From a virus: a DNA stretch of 64,000 nt. The position numbers and the translations under genes are program-made. Positions 58,921 through 64,000 of this stretch are shown here, piece by piece. Position 1 is the stretch's first letter. Each line of letters opens with the position of its first letter. The stretch is taken from IMG/VR virus record IMGVR_UViG_3300005581_000001, positions 33,582 to 97,581 of that record. One strand, 5' to 3'. Below the pieces are notes generated by a model that worked only from the letters and a program-made list of their open reading frames with translations, searched no databases and was not told the DNA's origin.

Positions 58921-59077
58921 AGATTGGATTAAAACTGAAAAACTAATTAAAGAGTTAACACAAGAAATGACTAGTCAGTTTAGGTTAGGAAACTTTAAAG
59001 AGTCTCAAGATATTTACAATAAGATTATAGAGATAAAAGACGAAGAATTAAATAAAACTAAATTTATTAAAAAATAA
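58910..59077 (+). CDS. Hypothetical protein, 55 aa (MSYEDWIK...), not in the ORF track
   Basis: Open frame read by hand; fills the gap before the next promoter. Confidence 0.45.
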   Translation: MSYEDWIKTEKLIKELTQEMTSQFRLGNFKESQDIYNKIIEIKDEELNKTKFIKK

Positions 59078-59088
59078 ATACGATTTTA

Positions 59089-59120
59089 TTAGGATATGTC
59101 AAAAACATTTTGTACCTTTG
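59089..59120 (+). promoter_or_regulatory. TTAGGATATGTCAAA...TACCTTTG promoter
   Basis: Copy of the repeated motif. Confidence 0.7.
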
Positions 59121-59137
59121 TATAAATAAATAAAAAA

Positions 59138-59404
59138 ATGGGAGAATATATATATAATAGAATAAGACAAGATTTGATTTCAAATCAAAAAGATTTACTT
59201 AACATGCAACATTATTATACGCATAAGCACAGAAGTAATGATAGATTATTAGATATTAATGTAGCTATATTTAAAGACACTAGAGATACTAATATAGTTC
59301 AGATATATGTAGCAGATAAGAATTTTAAAGTAAGAGAAAGATTAGTGCTTACGGATAGTAGTGTTTTAATAGACACAGATGTAATAATTAAAAGATATAA
59401 TTAG
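59138..59404 (+). CDS. Hypothetical protein, 88 aa
   Basis: ORF track. Confidence 0.5.
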   Translation: MGEYIYNRIRQDLISNQKDLLNMQHYYTHKHRSNDRLLDINVAIFKDTRDTNIVQIYVADKNFKVRERLVLTDSSVLIDTDVIIKRYN

Positions 59405-59405
59405 A

Positions 59406-59678
59406 ATGAAAGATTTAAGAATACAGGGAGAAACAGTATTAGACATGCCAACAAAAAATGGCGTATTAAACGAAGAGAATGTTAATTTTGCACAAAGAAC
59501 AGTATTGTTTGATGCACTAAGAAGTCATAAAGATTTAGTTAAATACAAGCAAGGGTATCCATTAGATGAAGTATCTAACGTATCGTTTAAGGCAGACTTT
59601 ATGATACTAAGTATAGATAGATATATGGAACTGTTAGTAATGTCTGGAGAGTCTAAATATAAAACTTTTAAGGCATAA
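59406..59678 (+). CDS. Hypothetical protein, 90 aa
   Basis: ORF track. Confidence 0.5.
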   Translation: MKDLRIQGETVLDMPTKNGVLNEENVNFAQRTVLFDALRSHKDLVKYKQGYPLDEVSNVSFKADFMILSIDRYMELLVMSGESKYKTFKA

Positions 59679-59950
59679 TGGAATCGTATAAATCATCACA
59701 AAGAAAGTTTAAACTTCAAGAAAAGAAGAAAGTTAAACAACATCTTAAAGAGTTTTACAAAGGACTTGGCAATATGGAGGCAATAGCTGTAGACCTTAGA
59801 AAACTGGATGTTATTTTTACAGAAGATAATTTACAAGAATATGTGACTCCGTTATTAGGAAGAGATTTAGATTCAATGGAGAAGTTTGTCTTGTTAGGGA
59901 AGTTAAATTATAAACAAGAATTAGATGAAGCACGAGATAACATTAAGTAA
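59678..59950 (+). CDS. Hypothetical protein, 90 aa
   Basis: Coupled ORF. Confidence 0.5.
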   Translation: MESYKSSQRKFKLQEKKKVKQHLKEFYKGLGNMEAIAVDLRKLDVIFTEDNLQEYVTPLLGRDLDSMEKFVLLGKLNYKQELDEARDNIK

Positions 59951-60212
59951 TATATATAATTACATATCAGGTAATGCTAATATGATATTAGATAAAGCAG
60001 GATTAGTATCTCAAGCATTTAAAGAACAAATAGCGTTTAGGCATTTTAAATGTAAAGATGATTGTGTTAAGGCTGGTGAATGCCAACACTGTGGATGTAA
60101 ACTTCCAGGCAGATTCTTTACAACTAAGAGTTGTAATAATGGTCAAAGATTCCCAGATTTAATGGAAGATGATAAATGGGAACAATATAAAAAAGATAAT
60201 AAAATTGAATAA
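59925..60212 (+). CDS. Cys-rich Zn-binding protein, 95 aa
   Basis: CKDDC...CQHCGC...C pattern. Confidence 0.55.
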   Translation: MKHEITLSNIYNYISGNANMILDKAGLVSQAFKEQIAFRHFKCKDDCVKAGECQHCGCKLPGRFFTTKSCNNGQRFPDLMEDDKWEQYKKDNKIE

Positions 60213-60376
60213 CACATACGAAATACCAGGAACAGGAATAAAAGAAATACTAGATAAGGTAGATAGGTTTGTAACAAATATGGAAACATTTAGAAAAGAA
60301 CATTCTAACTACGATTATAAAATAGTATTAAATAATAATAACAATGACTTATGGTCAGCTAAAATTAAAATAACAA

Positions 60377-60697
60377 ATGGAAAGCAAGAAGGTAACGGAA
60401 TACCTGATAGCGCTATCTAATCACCTTCACTACTATAATGTATTATCTCCGTTTCCGGTGTTTGATACAGAATATATTAAAGACTTAGACAACAAAATTA
60501 GGGAGATTAAGGAGAATAAATTAAAAGACTACGACAGCGAACCTGTAGTAGCTTGTAAGCACTGTAATAGTTTGCATATTGTAGTAGATGAAATTGATAA
60601 CAATGTATGTTTTAGATGTGGATCAGTGAATGATTTACGAGATTTTAAAAACATATATGAATACAATGATTACGTACAAAAAAGAAAAAATGATTAA
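60377..60697 (+). CDS. Zn-ribbon protein, 106 aa
   Basis: EPVVACKHCNSLHI...CFRCGS. Confidence 0.6.
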   Translation: MESKKVTEYLIALSNHLHYYNVLSPFPVFDTEYIKDLDNKIREIKENKLKDYDSEPVVACKHCNSLHIVVDEIDNNVCFRCGSVNDLRDFKNIYEYNDYVQKRKND

Positions 60698-61088
60698 TGT
60701 TAAAGAGGCTAATTTAAATGTTAAGTTAAAAGATTTATTTCTTAAATGGTTAGATGTTACAAGCAGCTTTCACAAACTTAACAATCAGCAGCAGCAGGTA
60801 TTGTCATTACTTTTATATTATCATTATCAATATAAGAAAGAAATAACTAACAATAAGATATTATGGAAAGTTATATTTGATTATGATACTAAAATAAAGA
60901 TAATGGACGACGCTTTGTTTGAAGGAAAAAAAATGAATAGTAATGGTCTTCATAACATACTTACAACTCTTAGAAAAAAAGGAGTTATAGTTGATGGAGA
61001 AATATCTAAAAAGTTTATTCCTGAATTGACAAACAATTGTAAAAACTTTAAAATTATATTTAATTTTAATATAGTAGATAATGAATAA
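60690..61088 (+). CDS. Winged-helix-like protein
   Basis: LNNQQQQVLSLL...LHNILTTLRKKGVI; ATG 60690 chosen. Confidence 0.45.
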   Translation: MINVKEANLNVKLKDLFLKWLDVTSSFHKLNNQQQQVLSLLLYYHYQYKKEITNNKILWKVIFDYDTKIKIMDDALFEGKKMNSNGLHNILTTLRKKGVIVDGEISKKFIPELTNNCKNFKIIFNFNIVDNE

Positions 61089-61389
61089 AGTAGATAGTGA
61101 TAAGGTTAAACTATTAATGCATAAAATTGGTTTAAAACATCATCTACAAGACAGTGTTATAAATAAAATAGTAAATTCACCATATAGGTTTGCAAGAGAA
61201 ACTATAGTGAATATAAAATTAGATGGGATAGAAGATGAAGTTGAATTTAATAAATTAAAAACAAATTTTATCTTCGCGCATCTAGGAAAATTATATACTA
61301 CATACAATGTATATAAAAAGCTTTTAAAGCAAAAAGATAAGTTAAAAGAATATCATAATTTAAAACAAAATAAGAATGAGATTGAGTAA
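61081..61389 (+). CDS. HU/IHF-like DNA-binding protein
   Basis: Helix-turn-helix then NFIFAHLGKL; usual crAss-like position upstream of the terminase region. Confidence 0.5.
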   Translation: MNKVDSDKVKLLMHKIGLKHHLQDSVINKIVNSPYRFARETIVNIKLDGIEDEVEFNKLKTNFIFAHLGKLYTTYNVYKKLLKQKDKLKEYHNLKQNKNEIE

Positions 61390-61735
61390 AGAAGAGGTTG
61401 GAGAAATTATAGTTGACTTTCCGTTGCAACCATTATTTAATAAAGTTATTATAACATTAAATAATTTAGAAGAAGATGGGGAATTAGTATTGTCAGAAAA
61501 CGTGTTATCGGATAGGCAATTTATCGTTGCTGGTGGATTCACATTTAAAGATATAACTGTTGGTCCTGGAGATGAAGTGCTTATTGATTTAGAAAAAATG
61601 ATGGCACCAGTAAAAACAGAAACAAATAATGCATATGAAATGAAAATGCAAATTAAGGTAGATCCAATTGAGATTGGACTTAATACTTTCGCAATAATTG
61701 AAGATAGATTTATTAAAGCAAAAATTTTAAAATAA
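61376..61735 (+). CDS. GroES-like co-chaperonin
   Basis: LQPLFNKVII...GELVL...IVAGG...VGPGDEVL aligns by eye to GroES PLxDRV...GGIVL...VxxGDxV. Confidence 0.55.
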   Translation: MRLSKEEVGEIIVDFPLQPLFNKVIITLNNLEEDGELVLSENVLSDRQFIVAGGFTFKDITVGPGDEVLIDLEKMMAPVKTETNNAYEMKMQIKVDPIEIGLNTFAIIEDRFIKAKILK

Positions 61736-61920
61736 TGGGAGATATGCAACAAGTAGTTAATATAATAGATCAGGCATTAAATATGGCTTCATCAAAAGGA
61801 GTATTTGGATTGAAAGATGCTGCAGTAGTTAGTCAGGCGTTAGATCTTTTAAAAGCTCATTTTGAGCCAGTTAAAGAACCAGAAGTTCTTGAAGCTGAGC
61901 CAATTACTAAAGATAAATAA
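61735..61920 (+). CDS. Hypothetical protein, 61 aa
   Basis: Coupled ORF. Confidence 0.5.
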   Translation: MGDMQQVVNIIDQALNMASSKGVFGLKDAAVVSQALDLLKAHFEPVKEPEVLEAEPITKDK

Positions 61921-62486
61921 TGAAATTATTTACAATGGTAGATTTCTCGCTCCAGGTTTCAGAAGAAGCTTGGGGCGTTTTGCCATTTAAGGCAATACTA
62001 AAAAGAGATAAATCTAGACAAAAAGAAACAGCATTTAAAGAGATGTTATTTATATATTATTATTCAGACATTAGGTCTGACTATGTAGATATGACAAACA
62101 ATGAAGTTAGATGTAAAGAGATAATAAAAGATATTGGTTTAGACGCTGATTGGAAAATAGACAACGTAATTAGTGAAGCTATTAAGTTTTATGAAAAAAT
62201 GTCTATTAGTCCAATAGCTAAACTATACAAGAGCTCATTGAAGTCTGCTGATGATATATCAGATTACCTTCTAAAAACAAATGAATTACTTGATGAAAGA
62301 ACTAGTAGTGGCGGAACGGTAACAACGCTTCCAATGATTGTAGCTGCTAATAAAGGAATACCAGATATTATGCGTAATCTTAAAGCTGCTTATAAAGAAG
62401 TTTTAAGCGAACAAAAAGAAATGGACGGAAGAAATAAAGGGAGTAGAACACTTAACGCATTTGAAGATGGACTTAACTACGAATAA
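61920..62486 (+). CDS. Conserved crAss-like protein upstream of the terminase region, 188 aa
   Basis: RDKS..KE.A.KEM.FIYY..D.RSDY motif. Confidence 0.55.
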   Translation: MKLFTMVDFSLQVSEEAWGVLPFKAILKRDKSRQKETAFKEMLFIYYYSDIRSDYVDMTNNEVRCKEIIKDIGLDADWKIDNVISEAIKFYEKMSISPIAKLYKSSLKSADDISDYLLKTNELLDERTSSGGTVTTLPMIVAANKGIPDIMRNLKAAYKEVLSEQKEMDGRNKGSRTLNAFEDGLNYE

Positions 62487-63939
62487 GGAGATATATTTTA
62501 AAGATGAAGCTAGAAAACTATTATTTAGCGGAGTATCAAAGATGGAGCAAGCAGTTGCTTCCACAATGGGCCCCAAAGGTAAGACGGTGATTATATCAAA
62601 TCAATATGGAGACCCAGAAATAACTAAAGACGGAGTTAAAGTAGCTAGAGAGATTTATTTTAGAAATGCTATAGAGAATATTGGAGCTAAAATAGTGAAA
62701 GAAGTTGCTGAATTACAAGTTGATTTAGCTGGAGATGGAACTACAACAGCTATAGTATTAGCTAATGCTTTTATACAAAACCTTAAAGACTTTGATTCAA
62801 ATGAAATAAACAAAGCTTTTGATGAGATTATACCTAAAGTAATTGAGCAACTAAAACTAGGTTCAAAAAAATTAGAGCATAAAGACATTAAATACCTTGC
62901 TAGCATATCAGCTAATAACGATATACATATTGGAGAAATTATACAACAAGCTTATAATCACGCAAGTATAATTAAAGTAGAAGAAAGTAATGACAATGAA
63001 GACTCTTTAGAGTTAATAGATGGTATGTCGTTACCAGTATCTTACTTTTCAAAACACTTTATAAACACAAATAAAAAAGCTGAATGTAATTTTGAAGACC
63101 CATATGTTTTATTAATAGATGGTAAGTTAGAAAATCTTAAATCATTTGAAACTCCAATTAAGCAAATAGCAGAAAACAATGAGTCCTTGTTAATTATTAC
63201 AGAAGGTTTATCTGAAAATTTACTAAGATTACTTGAATCGAATGTATTAAGTGGATCACTTAAGTTATGTGTTATCAAAGCGCCTGGATTTTCTCAATAT
63301 AGAAAAGATTTACTTAGTGATATTGCCGACTTTACTGGAGCTGATCTAATAAGCAATCTTACTAAGCAGTATAGTCTAACATCATTTGGTAGATTAAAGT
63401 CTTTAAAAGTAACTAAAAATAATAGCATACTAGTTAAACATAGCGATGTTGATATTAAAGAATACATAGACGACTTAAAGGCTTTGTCAAAACTTAAAGA
63501 ACTAACTAAGCAAGATAAGGAATTAATAGAACAAAGAGTAACAAATCTTACTGGCAAGATATCTATAATTAAAGTTGGAGGAATTTCTGAAATAGAAATG
63601 AAAGAGCGTAAGGATAGATATGATGACGCAGTCCTGGCAACAGCTTGTGCGTTAGAAGAAGGTATCGTCCAAGGAGGTGGAGTTGCTTTGTATAATACAA
63701 ATCAAGTAGTGGTTAAAACAATTAAAAATTTATCACATAACTCAGTAGAGTTGGGAATTTTGATGAGTTTAAATAAACCTATTGAAATAATTGGAGTTCC
63801 AGCTTTGACTAATATGTTTGAAAAGAATATAATTGATCCACTTAAAGTTACTAGATGTGCATTAGAAAATGCGGTATCTGTAGCTAAAACAATACTATCA
63901 ACAGATACTGTTGTGTTGAACGAACGCCAATGGACTTAA
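62467..63939 (+). CDS. groEL: GroEL-like chaperonin, ~490 aa
   Basis: TMGPKG, ITKDGV.VA, AGDGTTTA, KAPGF, EEGIV.GGG and IIDP.KVTR.ALENA.S.A motifs. Confidence 0.92.
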   Translation: MDLTTNKEIYFKDEARKLLFSGVSKMEQAVASTMGPKGKTVIISNQYGDPEITKDGVKVAREIYFRNAIENIGAKIVKEVAELQVDLAGDGTTTAIVLANAFIQNLKDFDSNEINKAFDEIIPKVIEQLKLGSKKLEHKDIKYLASISANNDIHIGEIIQQAYNHASIIKVEESNDNEDSLELIDGMSLPVSYFSKHFINTNKKAECNFEDPYVLLIDGKLENLKSFETPIKQIAENNESLLIITEGLSENLLRLLESNVLSGSLKLCVIKAPGFSQYRKDLLSDIADFTGADLISNLTKQYSLTSFGRLKSLKVTKNNSILVKHSDVDIKEYIDDLKALSKLKELTKQDKELIEQRVTNLTGKISIIKVGGISEIEMKERKDRYDDAVLATACALEEGIVQGGGVALYNTNQVVVKTIKNLSHNSVELGILMSLNKPIEIIGVPALTNMFEKNIIDPLKVTRCALENAVSVAKTILSTDTVVLNERQWT

Positions 63940-64000
63940 ATAGACTTAATGATTATCAAACACCTATATCGTATTATAGGAAGATGCTTGATAATAAAGA
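63930..64000 (+). CDS. Start of the next gene (MDLNRLNDYQTP...), possibly terminase large subunit; truncated by the window edge
   Basis: ATG overlapping the groEL stop, open to the window end; identity from gene order only. Confidence 0.35.
   Translation, partial: MDLNRLNDYQTPISYYRKMLDNK

Noticed and set aside
57693-59120. Repeated TTAGGATATGTCAAA read as a CRISPR or iteron array
   Set aside because: Spacing is irregular (320-670 bp) and every copy precedes a -7 box and a transcription unit, so these are promoters.
1-64000. Stop-codon reassignment, as in some crAss-like phages
   Set aside because: Giant ORFs are intact in code 11, and TAG and TGA end genes at sensible, coupled positions.

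Overview
AT-rich window from a crAss-like (Crassvirales-type) phage, probably of a Bacteroidota/Flavobacteriia host: promoters have TAnnTTTG -7 boxes, leaders are A-rich without Shine-Dalgarno, and the genetic code appears standard. There are three blocks. (1) 1-23.1 kb, + strand: a tail protein and giant virion-injected proteins, including a 2495-aa virion RNA polymerase (GSDFDVDK) with C-terminal NADAR and macro-like domains, a ferritin and a zincin-containing protein. (2) 23.2-57.5 kb, - strand: replication and metabolism genes (DnaB-like helicase, primase, AAA ATPase, SSB, RusA, exonuclease, class II RNR, SF2 helicase; no DNA polymerase seen), a phiEco32-like amide-ligase/glutamine-amidotransferase cluster, two free-standing homing endonucleases, three tRNAs, a tmRNA with a 35-codon tag, three tRNA-shaped elements with broken decoding arms, and many structured intergenic RNAs. 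(3) 57.7-64 kb, + strand: small genes under a repeated TTAGG-N19-TAnnTTTG promoter, a candidate ~250-nt sRNA, and HU/IHF-, GroES- and GroEL-like genes. The best leads are the RNA layer (long-tag tmRNA, tRNA mimics placed after genes, unnamed structured RNAs), the NADAR/macro fusion on the injected RNAP, and the expanded amide-ligase cluster. All family assignments come from motif recognition by eye; no searches were run.
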